Virus record (IMG/VR): IMGVR_UViG_3300020045_012645
Coordinates: 36,022-100,021 of that record
DNA length: 64,000 bases
Reading direction: 5' to 3' (one strand)
Origin: a virus
Made by a program: the position numbers and the translations under genes. Shown one piece after another: positions 11,427-20,334 of the stretch. Numbering within the stretch: position 1 is the first letter of the stretch; every line of letters starts with the position of its first letter. Below the pieces are notes generated by a model. The model had not been told where the DNA came from and did not search any database. It worked only from the letters and a program-made list of their open reading frames with translations.

Positions 11427-11864
11427 CTAAAAGTCCATGTCTTTATATGGAGCTTTAACTTCTTCTTCAATCTCTTGTACCCTTGATTGAGTCTTATCTT
11501 GTTCTTGTTTTGAGTTTGATTTTGTCTTTATATGTCCATATCCTTTTGGATATTTTGGAGCATATGCAAAAGCTTCCGAACCACCATTGTCTATATAGTT
11601 TCTTGATTCAATTATTTTAACAAATTCGTTTTCTACTAAATATTTCATATGAGCTGAAAGAGTTTTTTTGTCTATTTTTAATTTCTTTGCCATTTCTGAT
11701 TGAGACATTCTATTTGTAACTTCTTCACAATATCCAAATGATCTTCTAACTATATGCATATATAAAGGTATTTTTGAATATTGAATATTTTCTTCTGCAA
11801 ATATACTGCATATTCCTATGTTTTGCCATCCATTATTACTATATTGTTCTATTGAGTTTTCCAT
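11427..11864 (-). CDS. Winged-HTH DNA-binding protein resembling the N-terminal domain of lambda-O-type replication initiators
   Basis: LYMHIVRRSFGY...MSQSEMAKKLKIDKKTLSAHMKYLVENEFV pattern; paralog of the adjacent ORF. Confidence 0.6.
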   Translation of the reverse strand: MENSIEQYSNNGWQNIGICSIFAEENIQYSKIPLYMHIVRRSFGYCEEVTNRMSQSEMAKKLKIDKKTLSAHMKYLVENEFVKIIESRNYIDNGGSEAFAYAPKYPKGYGHIKTKSNSKQEQDKTQSRVQEIEEEVKAPYKDMDF

Positions 11865-11878
11865 ATTGAACTCCTCAG

Positions 11879-12307
11879 TTATTGCTTAAATATAGGAGTA
11901 TACTTATGACTTGCAGAGCCAGCTCCTATTAGTTTGTGATTTGATTTTTCTATTTTTAAAAAACCATCACTTTCTAATTGTTTTAAATATTTTGACAATG
12001 TTTTTCTAGACATTCCAAATTTTTTTGCCAAATCTTCTTGGCTAACTCTATCTGTTGTAAGTTTTAATTGCGCCAAAGATTCCTGGCACATTTCAACAAA
12101 GATACATCTTGGTTTTAATTTTTTTATAGTTTCAGAAGCATATACTCCACACACTCCTAGATTTTGAATAGAAGCATTGTATTCACTTATTTCTTGTCTA
12201 ATATCTGGCTCTCCCATATGCTTTTCAAAATGCTCTATGTTTTTCAGAGCCAGGATTGAATACTTTTCTTTTGAACCAATTTCGTTTAAAATTAGTAATT
12301 TTGACAC
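11879..12307 (-). CDS. Winged-HTH DNA-binding protein (paralog of 11427-11864)
   Basis: SQEDLAKKFGMSRKTLSKYLKQLESDGFLKI...GAGSASHKYTP aligns with the neighbour's C-terminal half; GTG start. Confidence 0.7.
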   Translation of the reverse strand: MSKLLILNEIGSKEKYSILALKNIEHFEKHMGEPDIRQEISEYNASIQNLGVCGVYASETIKKLKPRCIFVEMCQESLAQLKLTTDRVSQEDLAKKFGMSRKTLSKYLKQLESDGFLKIEKSNHKLIGAGSASHKYTPIFKQ

Positions 12308-12456
12308 TTTAATCTTTCTGTAGTTTTTTAAATTTGAGGCAGATTCTGAAGTTTACAAGGCTTCGATTCTTTTTTAATCCTCAAGAAAGAACAGCAGAAA
12401 TCAGGTGCCTTGTAAAACCTTTGATTACTGTTCTTACTTGAAAATTATATTTTAAA

Positions 12457-12481
12457 ATTATACACTACTTAACCTTAAAGT
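12457..12481 (-). promoter_or_regulatory. Campylobacterota-type sigma70 promoter for the wHTH pair
   Basis: Minus strand reads ACTTTAAGGTTAAGTAGTGTATAAT (periodic TTAAG plus TATAAT -10). Confidence 0.55.
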
Positions 12482-12485
12482 TATA

Positions 12486-12617
12486 TGAAAAATTTACACA
12501 TTCCAGATAGTGTAAAATCTCCACTATTGGTGGTGGAGAAATTCCCCTATTCGTAGTGGAAATTCTCCACTATTCGAGGAAAATTTCCCCCGTCTATAGA
12601 TGGTGGAGAAATTCTAC
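12486..12617. repeat. Array of six ~15-bp quasi-palindromic repeats (iteron/operator-like)
   Basis: tgaaaaatttacac 12486, gtgtaaaatctccac 12510, gtggagaaattcccc 12533, gtggaaattctccac 12556, gaggaaaatttcccc 12576, gtggagaaattctac 12603; spacing 20-27 bp. Confidence 0.75.
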
Positions 12618-12769
12618 CATCTATTAACACCTGTTAAACATACCTGAGAAGGTATGTTAAAAAAATAGAACTGAAATTAATCTATCGCTTCGCTTCGATT
12701 AATTAAGAGTACCAGAGATATTGTTGGACTTTTACTTTTGCAGAAAGTTACATCATCTGGTACTCTTGA

Positions 12770-13072
12770 TTAGATATGATTTGTTCTGAGATATTCTAGT
12801 ACTTCTTTACCTAAGTCAGTAAGCCATGCTCCTCTTGGAGAAGAACCATAGTCTATACAATTATTTAATAATCCAAGAATTAACCAATATTCCATTACTG
12901 AAAGATTTTCTTGACCATTTATTGTTTCTGGTATTTCATCAGATATGAATAATCCTTGTTCTTTCCATGTTAAAATATCTTCCATGTGATTCAAAAGGTT
13001 ATCTCTATCTAATTCTCCATATGTAAGTATTGGTAATTCATTAAACCAATCATTAAATCGTTCTTCATTCAT
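12770..13072 (-). CDS. Hypothetical protein
   Basis: 100-aa ORF in operon orientation. Confidence 0.6.
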   Translation of the reverse strand: MNEERFNDWFNELPILTYGELDRDNLLNHMEDILTWKEQGLFISDEIPETINGQENLSVMEYWLILGLLNNCIDYGSSPRGAWLTDLGKEVLEYLRTNHI

Positions 13073-13255
13073 TTGTTTTGTTTCCTTGTTGTTATATGTT
13101 GTTTAATAGCTAATATTTGTTCTGTGGCTTGTCGAATATGTAAAACCATGCAAAGACCAATCCAATGAAAAAGATTGCTCCTAATAGCTTTAAAATGATG
13201 CAAAATATCATAAAGATAAATATAGCAATTATGAATTTCAATGTATTCCATAATA

Positions 13256-14860
13256 TCATTCAAAATCTCCTCTTAAGCTACTCATTGAGAAAGAAGTATA
13301 TTTATCTGGTACTGATAGCCATTGAGCGTTTTCGTATTGGTATCTTCCTCTTGTTATTACTACATAGTAAAGTCTAAATTCTTCTAATTGTTTGTTATTT
13401 AGTAAATCTAAATTTGGATTTTCTTTTCTAAAATATTCGTATTTCATTGGATCGAACGACCATTTATCTTGTAGTTTTAATTTGTCTTGGTCTATTCTTG
13501 AATTTACTTCATCGTTTTGTATTTTTACTATTTTGTCAAGAGCATTGTTTAAATCGTCTTCAATGTATATAGAATCAAAAGTTAGACCTTTGCTGCTATG
13601 AGCTGAGGTAATTGTTGTTTGATGCGTATCGTGATGCTTCTCGTGCTCTAAAGCGCTATAGTATGATTCGTATATTGCTTGATTACCGAATCTTTTAATA
13701 AGTGATATTGCAGAAACAATTCCAATGTCATCTCCATGTACATTTTCTAAGAATGCAAGCACATCATCTCCGAAATCTCTTTGAAGTTTATAATCTGAAT
13801 TATATTCTTTCATGTCTGCTTCTAGGAATCTAAATTCTGACACAGATACTTCTCTATATGGATCTTTTCTTAATCCCATTAGAATTAATGGAAGTTGAAA
13901 TAGTGATTTAACTGGTCTTGTTAAATTATATTTTGTTTTATGTTTATCAAGTTCTATCATACGATTAATTATTGCAGCGTTTGTTCTTGCTATATATGCA
14001 AAAGTTGCTGTACTTTGTTCTGGTGGATTTTTATATTTTAATCCCTTGAACTCCATTTCATTTGATAAATATGCATGACAAAATTCTTCAATAACTGGAG
14101 CTAAATCTGAAGAAACTCTGTATGACATTGTTAATGGCATAAGTATTCCTTCTTTTTCTAAAGCTTTAAATCCATTTATAGTTTGATTGAAAGAATAGAT
14201 ATTTTGTTGTCTATCGCCAGTCATAACTTTTTTCTTTGAATTCAATAGCATGAAAATTTCTAATGAAACACCAGTTATGTCACCTGACTCATCAAGAGCA
14301 AGAAAATCATATTCTGGTTGTTTTATTAAATTGTGATGCATTAAAATATGGAATAGTTTTAAATAGAAGTCGTGAGTGCATTCTATCTTTCCGTCCTTCA
14401 TTTTAATGAAATATGATTTTAATAAATCTGATTCATATTGTGTTATTTTATCTTCATAGCATTCATCAATGAATCCTTGAATTGTTATATGTCTTGATAA
14501 GAAATATTTTGCAAGAATATCAACTAGAAATGATTTTTTAATTGGATCCATTTTTTCTGTAATCATTCTTGCTTTTAATGTTGGTCCAAGTTTTAAATTA
14601 AATTGTCTAACTGTTGATCCATATGCCAATGAATGTATTGTTCTGCAGTCTACATTTGGTCCAAATTTTTCTGAAGCTTCATCAGCTATTGCTTTGTTGT
14701 AAGAGATATATAATCCTCTTGTAACATTTAGTTGATTAGCTATTTCTATTAATAGGTGCGTTTTGCCAGATCCAGCTACTGCGTCAATTTTGACTAAGTT
14801 ACAGGCATCCTCCTTAATGGTATCTACTACCGCTTGTTGTTCGATTGTTAAAGAATTCAA
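13256..14860 (-). CDS. UvrD/Rep-like SF1 DNA helicase
   Basis: AVAGSGKT Walker A, LDESGD, GDRQQNIY, SYR, SAHSSKGLTFD, YYVVITRG. Confidence 0.9.
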   Translation of the reverse strand: MNSLTIEQQAVVDTIKEDACNLVKIDAVAGSGKTHLLIEIANQLNVTRGLYISYNKAIADEASEKFGPNVDCRTIHSLAYGSTVRQFNLKLGPTLKARMITEKMDPIKKSFLVDILAKYFLSRHITIQGFIDECYEDKITQYESDLLKSYFIKMKDGKIECTHDFYLKLFHILMHHNLIKQPEYDFLALDESGDITGVSLEIFMLLNSKKKVMTGDRQQNIYSFNQTINGFKALEKEGILMPLTMSYRVSSDLAPVIEEFCHAYLSNEMEFKGLKYKNPPEQSTATFAYIARTNAAIINRMIELDKHKTKYNLTRPVKSLFQLPLILMGLRKDPYREVSVSEFRFLEADMKEYNSDYKLQRDFGDDVLAFLENVHGDDIGIVSAISLIKRFGNQAIYESYYSALEHEKHHDTHQTTITSAHSSKGLTFDSIYIEDDLNNALDKIVKIQNDEVNSRIDQDKLKLQDKWSFDPMKYEYFRKENPNLDLLNNKQLEEFRLYYVVITRGRYQYENAQWLSVPDKYTSFSMSSLRGDFE

Positions 14861-15006
14861 TTCTTCTCCTATTATGCTTTTAGTGTATATAATTTGTAGA
14901 ACCAGATTGTGTGTTTGCTAGAATGAAATTTATTTTGATGTTATCTGGCTCTAGAAAGTACATAAGCTGGTACTCTTGATATGTTTAATCTTAAGTACCA
15001 GATATT

Positions 15007-15507
15007 TTATTTTTGTCTTTGATCTAAAATCTTTTGAAGTTTAGGTTCTGGAGCATATTTTTCATCAAAATCTGCTGGCTTTAGTAGTTTTCCTGCTTCG
15101 TCTCTTGGGCATCCAAGTTTTGCTTTATTTGATTGATTTACGATTAATAATGCTTGTTGAATTTCTTGAGCATTTAATCCAAGTTTTGACATTGATCCAA
15201 TTGCATAAACAACTGCATCGCAAGCCTTGTCAAGTCTTTCAACATCAGATGCTGTTTTGCAGAATGCACCTTTTGAAATGCCTCTTGATACACTTTTGTG
15301 CGTTGGAATTACTGGATCATTTTCAAAATCAAAATGTTTATTTAATGCTTCAGCTAAAGATGGAAGTCCTCCTCCTTTGGAAGATAGAGATATACCCTCA
15401 AGTGCTTCCTCAATTTGAAAACTACTTTCAAGAATGTCATCATATTCTCTTTTAGCATTTCCAGCATCAACTTGCCATTGCCAAATACTTTTAATAGGAT
15501 TTGTCAT
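15007..15507 (-). CDS. MazG-like/PRA-PH nucleoside triphosphate pyrophosphohydrolase
   Basis: EEALE...LDKACDAVVYAIG...VNQSNKAK...GKLLKP signature. Confidence 0.75.
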   Translation of the reverse strand: MTNPIKSIWQWQVDAGNAKREYDDILESSFQIEEALEGISLSSKGGGLPSLAEALNKHFDFENDPVIPTHKSVSRGISKGAFCKTASDVERLDKACDAVVYAIGSMSKLGLNAQEIQQALLIVNQSNKAKLGCPRDEAGKLLKPADFDEKYAPEPKLQKILDQRQK

Positions 15508-15815
15508 TAAATAGTTCCTTCGAATAATTTTTGTTTTAATAAATAACCTTCAAGCATCCAAATTTTTTCAGTTGCGTTTTCTTTTGCTATTTTTTCACCA
15601 ATTTCTTGATTGTAGTTTGCTGGAGAAGCACAAGCCGATTCACCAGTTACTGTGAAACCATTTTCAAGTGTCAATACACAAACTGTTAAAACATCTGTTA
15701 GTTTATGAAAACTACATTCTTTAATCTTAGATTTAATTAAATCTGGAGTTAATCTTGGAGCATTTAAGTTTTTATCCTGAATCATTTGTTCTGTTGTTGT
15801 ATTATTATTACTCAT
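15507..15815 (-). CDS. Phage Gp49/66-family protein
   Basis: LTVCVLTLENGFTVTGESACASPANYNQEIG...KIWMLEGYLL family signature. Confidence 0.8.
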   Translation of the reverse strand: MSNNNTTTEQMIQDKNLNAPRLTPDLIKSKIKECSFHKLTDVLTVCVLTLENGFTVTGESACASPANYNQEIGEKIAKENATEKIWMLEGYLLKQKLFEGTI

Positions 15816-15980
15816 TAGTATGCCACCATTTTTGCTAAGTATTTTTTAGAAAGTTCTGGATCGCTTCCTAAGTCTTTGTATGCTTCTTTAATGTTTTTAT
15901 ATCCTGCAAGTTCAACAACTTGTTTTTTGTTTAATCTACATAGATATTTGTAGTGTTCTCTATTTGACATTATTTATTCC

Positions 15981-16256
15981 TTATTTATTTTTATTGTTTA
16001 AATCTTTTAGTACCAGAGCTATATCTGGTTCTGAATAACCTAATTCCTTTAGCAATTCTCTATTGAAGTTAATTGCTTTACTTACTTCTGACATTCTTTG
16101 ATTGTCAATCATATTATCAGTTATTACTAATTTTTTCATTAGCTTTGTAGATAATTGTATTTTTACAAACAGAACATCTTTATATGGATATTCTGCATAT
16201 TCCTTCATTTCTGTATCATATAAGTATTTAGCTGATTGCATTGACTGCTTCCCCAT
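15981..16256 (-). CDS. Hypothetical protein
   Basis: 91-aa ORF overlapping the upstream gene end. Confidence 0.55.
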   Translation of the reverse strand: MGKQSMQSAKYLYDTEMKEYAEYPYKDVLFVKIQLSTKLMKKLVITDNMIDNQRMSEVSKAINFNRELLKELGYSEPDIALVLKDLNNKNK

Positions 16257-16962
16257 CTTTTAGAAGTTCTCTAAATTCATCTTTAGAAATAGAATTATTA
16301 GTATAAATATATCTATGTTCTTCATCAAAAGGATTTACATCATCTGGTACTCTTGATTTGGTCTCATCTAATTTTGATTCATTTGTATTTGTCACTAGTT
16401 TTACTATTTTTAATAACTCTAGTGTTGCATCTACTATGTCTTCATTTTTAACATGAAATTCACATATTTCACCAATTTTATCTGGTGAGAATTTTTCATT
16501 ATCATCAGCTAATCTTCTACACCATTCAAGCATATTAAAATCTGCTCTTGATGCTTCAGCTCTCCATTGTCTTGTTTTTTCATCTGCATCAATAAATATA
16601 GTATGTACTCTGTCTCCAAAGTGTTTTTTTATTTTTTTTGCACCTTCTAAATCAAGAACAACTACGTATTGCTTATCATCTTCAATTTGATTTTTATGTA
16701 ACGCATAATACCAGTTACCTGCCACTGTGCTATAGCATCTTGATTCTATTATATTATCATGTACATACATATCCAAAAGAGTATTGTTGTCAATAAAGAA
16801 ATATGGATTTCCTTCTGATTCTTCTGCTCTCATAGGTCTTGTAGAATGCGACACAACAAAGTTAAAACCAACTTGTTGTAGTATTTTAGCAAGTGTGTCT
16901 TTTCCGGCTCCAGAGAAGCCAGCAAGTACTATAATTTTGTTATTCATTTTTTTCCAATTCAC
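16228..16962 (-). CDS. gmk: Guanylate kinase-like nucleoside monophosphate kinase
   Basis: GFSGAGKDT P-loop; VSHSTRPMRAEESEGNPYFF Gmk signature. Confidence 0.85.
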   Translation of the reverse strand: MNWKKMNNKIIVLAGFSGAGKDTLAKILQQVGFNFVVSHSTRPMRAEESEGNPYFFIDNNTLLDMYVHDNIIESRCYSTVAGNWYYALHKNQIEDDKQYVVVLDLEGAKKIKKHFGDRVHTIFIDADEKTRQWRAEASRADFNMLEWCRRLADDNEKFSPDKIGEICEFHVKNEDIVDATLELLKIVKLVTNTNESKLDETKSRVPDDVNPFDEEHRYIYTNNSISKDEFRELLKDGEAVNAIS

Positions 16963-17377
16963 TAATTTTAATAAATTTTTGATTAGTTGTTTTTGATTCT
17001 AAACCACCTAGTTCTTTTATATATCTTCCTGTTTTAATATATGTAAGATTAGATAGTAAGTTATCTGAAATTTGATTTAGTTCTAGTCCAGTGTATAGAC
17101 AAGTTTTGAGATTGTTTGATTTAACTAGTTTTAATAATTTAATTAAATAATCTTCTTGCCATTCTCCTCCATAAAATAAGACACAAGTTATGTATTTACT
17201 TCTTGTAATTAGGTCTTGTAATATATTTTCTGTAAGTTCTTCGCCATATTTAGGATTCCATGTTTCTGTAGAGTGACAACCTTTGCATGCTAATTTACAA
17301 CCAGATATCGAAAGTGCCAGAGATATTTCATCTGGTACTTCCTGCAACACAATTTGTTTAGAACTATAATGTAACAT
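16940..17377 (-). CDS. nrdG: Anaerobic RNR activase (radical SAM)
   Basis: GCKLACKGCHS CxxxCxxC; adjacent to nrdD. Confidence 0.9.
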   Translation of the reverse strand: MLHYSSKQIVLQEVPDEISLALSISGCKLACKGCHSTETWNPKYGEELTENILQDLITRSKYITCVLFYGGEWQEDYLIKLLKLVKSNNLKTCLYTGLELNQISDNLLSNLTYIKTGRYIKELGGLESKTTNQKFIKISELEKNE

Positions 17378-19160
17378 TTTTAGTTTTATTATAATGTCTC
17401 AAATCTGCTTCTACTTGTCTTTCTGAACTAAAATCTTTAATTTTTTTAAGATAACCAATTACTCTAGTTGCCCAATAAATGTTTTTAGATTTACAATTGT
17501 CGCACTCATAAAGTGTTCTTTTATCAATTCTTCCACAATCTTCGCAGCAAGTTACTTTAATGTTAAAGCAAAAGTATTCACATCCTTCTTTAACCGCTAC
17601 ATCTAATAGTTTAGAGAAGCCTTCAGCTGTTGGATAAGACTCTAGATTACAATGGTAAGCCGAGCCTCCATCTAAAAATTTAGAAGTTTCTTTTCCGTGT
17701 AATACAAATTTATCAATAACTGAAATATCATTATCTTCTACTTTATAGAAGTAACTATTATAACAATCTCTTGGTACTACATAGCCATCGGCTCTATCCC
17801 ATTTAGCGAATTTAACACCTAAGTTTTCAGCAGGTACAATCTCTGTATTAAACTTAACTCCATATTTTTTAGCAGATATTTTATTTAAATCTGAAATCTT
17901 TTTAAGTTCTGTTGCTAACCATGTTTTATATGGTTCATTATCTGAAATTTCATAACCTAAATACTCTGCAGCTTCTAATAAACCATTAATACCAATTGTT
18001 AGATATTGTTTATCAAGTGTTATATAACCAGCAGTATATGTTGGCATCATTCCTGCTTCTAGATACTCTTCAAACAAATCTCTAAATGCTAATTGATATT
18101 GATGAATTTTTTCGACTTCATCTTCAATTTTTCTTCCATCTTGAATTAATCTATTATAATTAATTGCTATAACATTCAGAGAACCAGTTGAGACTCCACC
18201 TGCACCAAGCGAATAAGAGAAATCATTAACCGAATCTGATACATCATTTTTAAGTCGGCAGCAACTAGAAAGTGCATGTGCTGAATCAGATGTAAATGTA
18301 AAGAATGAATTTCCTTCCGCATACTCCTTAGATATAAAATTTTTAAATTCTGTATCAATAAGAGTTTCACCATCATTTAAGCAAGCTGCTGTTACAACTG
18401 GAAAAGTTAATAATGCAACTTCTCTTTCTTTGTTGAACCATTTCATAAAATGTTTTTGTAATTTATTTAATGAATCCCAACTTGGTTTTTGCATATCTGG
18501 GAATACAAAGTTACCAAACATTGATTCAAAATACGATTTATCATATATGCTTATGTTCCAAAATACACTCTGAAAACCCCTTGCAGCCGCAGGTTGATTT
18601 AATGCATACACTACAGATTGAATTTCTTGAGTAATTATTTTTTCATGTGTTAGTAAATAATTATCTCCATATTCTTTTCTTGCAAAATGATCAAAATACA
18701 TTAGCCATTCTACTGTCGCAACAGCACCAGCAAATTGTGAAGATACTGCAAATACCAAGTTAATAAAACCACCGTTAAATGATGATAAATGTTTTGGTGC
18801 TTTTGTTTCACCACCAAATGATTTTAATCCTTCAAGTAAAAATGGGTACAATGAAATAGATACACAATATGGCATTAAAGATGTTTCATCATGCGTATAT
18901 ATTTCATGAGACTCTAATTGCCTCTTGTACTCTAATGCCAAATCTTCTCCACTTCGTTGTGTAATTTTATCCATAATTAAGCTTCTATTCACTTGAATAT
19001 TTATATCTTTATTCAGTTCGGCAGATAACGTAGCAATATTTTTATGAGATACATTCGCATTTGCATCCATTTTTGATCCATCTGCTGCATTGCTAGCTTT
19101 GATGTAATTATTTATAAATGCTTTTTTTGCATCTATTTGTTCTTTGGTTAGTTTAACCAT
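17364..19160 (-). CDS. nrdD: Class III anaerobic ribonucleoside-triphosphate reductase
   Basis: IYTHD, SSCCRL, PAENL, CxxC-CxxC Zn site, glycyl-radical loop TRVIGY. Confidence 0.95.
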   Translation of the reverse strand: MVKLTKEQIDAKKAFINNYIKASNAADGSKMDANANVSHKNIATLSAELNKDINIQVNRSLIMDKITQRSGEDLALEYKRQLESHEIYTHDETSLMPYCVSISLYPFLLEGLKSFGGETKAPKHLSSFNGGFINLVFAVSSQFAGAVATVEWLMYFDHFARKEYGDNYLLTHEKIITQEIQSVVYALNQPAAARGFQSVFWNISIYDKSYFESMFGNFVFPDMQKPSWDSLNKLQKHFMKWFNKEREVALLTFPVVTAACLNDGETLIDTEFKNFISKEYAEGNSFFTFTSDSAHALSSCCRLKNDVSDSVNDFSYSLGAGGVSTGSLNVIAINYNRLIQDGRKIEDEVEKIHQYQLAFRDLFEEYLEAGMMPTYTAGYITLDKQYLTIGINGLLEAAEYLGYEISDNEPYKTWLATELKKISDLNKISAKKYGVKFNTEIVPAENLGVKFAKWDRADGYVVPRDCYNSYFYKVEDNDISVIDKFVLHGKETSKFLDGGSAYHCNLESYPTAEGFSKLLDVAVKEGCEYFCFNIKVTCCEDCGRIDKRTLYECDNCKSKNIYWATRVIGYLKKIKDFSSERQVEADLRHYNKTKNVTL

Positions 19161-19230
19161 ATTTTTTGTTTTCCTTTGTTTGTGATTTTATTTATTTTAA
19201 TATAAAATTAGTTATTCATACATTAAATAA

Positions 19231-19250
19231 AATGTCACATTTTTGACATT
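19231..19250. promoter_or_regulatory. Palindromic operator upstream of nrdD (CRP/FNR-family-like)
   Basis: AATGTCA-cattt t-TGACATT, i.e. TGTCA-N6-TGACA. Confidence 0.4.
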
Positions 19251-19251
19251 G

Positions 19252-19290
19252 AATACTAAGTATAATGTTTATATTTATATACTTAGTATT
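19252..19290. terminator. AT-rich inverted repeat right after the nrdB stop
   Basis: AATACTAAGTATA...TATACTTAGTATT, 13-bp arms. Confidence 0.4.
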
Positions 19291-19293
19291 ATT

Positions 19294-20334
19294 CTAAAAA
19301 TCGTCGAAGTCGATAGAACCTTTTGAGTAGTTAACAACATTTCCTTCAAAGAAGTTTGTTCTTTGGTCATTGAAACTTGCATATCCATCAACCCATGGAA
19401 TAGGGTGTTTCACTCCGTATTCTGGTTTATATCCAACTGCTGCAAGTCTTTTATCTGCAAGATATTGAATATATTGTTCGATGATTGAATCTGTAAATCC
19501 TAGAATTTGTCCTTTTGTGATATGCTTACCCCAATTTGATTCTAATTCTACTGCTTTTCTAAACATTTCTCTTACTAGTTTTTCAAGTCTTTCTGTAAAT
19601 AGCTCTGGTCTTTCTTTTCTTACTGAATTAATCATGTTTTGGAAAAGTAATAGGTGAGTTACTTCATCCCTTTGTATGAATTTAATCATTTGAGATGAAC
19701 CTAGCATTTTTCCTGATTTACCAAGTGCATACATAGCTGCAAATCCTGCATGAAAGTATATACCTTCAAGAATTTGATTTGCAAATAATGCAAGAACCAA
19801 TTTTTCATCTGTTATATCTCCAGCCAATTCACTATAAACAAGAGAAAGATATTTATTCTTCTTTAAGAGTACTGAATCTGTTTTCCATAAATTATAAATT
19901 TCATCTGTGTTTTCAGAAATAGACTCAACCATAACGGCATAAGATTTACTATGATTTGCTTCTTCATAAGATTGTCTAGATAAACAAGCATTTATTTCAG
20001 GAGCTGTGATATATGGATTTATGTTGTCCATTAGATTATTTGTTTGTAAAGAATCCATAGACATTAAATTTGATAAAACTAGATCATACATTCTTTTCTC
20101 TGGTTCTGTAAGATATTTATAATCTTTGGCATCCCCTGTCATTTGAACTTCTCTTGGAAACCAAGTATTAGCTTCCATTGTGTCCCAAAGATTTAATGCC
20201 CATTCATATTTCATTGTAGTAAAGTTTATCATACCATCTGGATTACCACCGAAAACCTTACGGTTTCCAGTAGTTTCATTTGATTCTGTATTAAATACAT
20301 TTTTTCTATTCATAATCATTGGCAACCGCTGCAT
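19294..20334 (-). CDS. nrdB: Class Ia ribonucleotide reductase beta subunit
   Basis: [21 protein letters not shown] di-iron motifs; NFFE C-terminus. Confidence 0.95.
   Translation of the reverse strand: MQRLPMIMNRKNVFNTESNETTGNRKVFGGNPDGMINFTTMKYEWALNLWDTMEANTWFPREVQMTGDAKDYKYLTEPEKRMYDLVLSNLMSMDSLQTNNLMDNINPYITAPEINACLSRQSYEEANHSKSYAVMVESISENTDEIYNLWKTDSVLLKKNKYLSLVYSELAGDITDEKLVLALFANQILEGIYFHAGFAAMYALGKSGKMLGSSQMIKFIQRDEVTHLLLFQNMINSVRKERPELFTERLEKLVREMFRKAVELESNWGKHITKGQILGFTDSIIEQYIQYLADKRLAAVGYKPEYGVKHPIPWVDGYASFNDQRTNFFEGNVVNYSKGSIDFDDF

Noticed and set aside
12486-12617. CRISPR array
   Set aside because: Repeats are short and degenerate with 5-12 bp gaps, and there is no cas operon. 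The Cas4-like nuclease is a usual stand-alone phage gene.
12679-12704. N4 vRNAP hairpin promoter (GCGAAGC on the - strand)
   Set aside because: The stem around the GAA loop is too short, and early promoters are expected near the genome end, which is not identifiable here.
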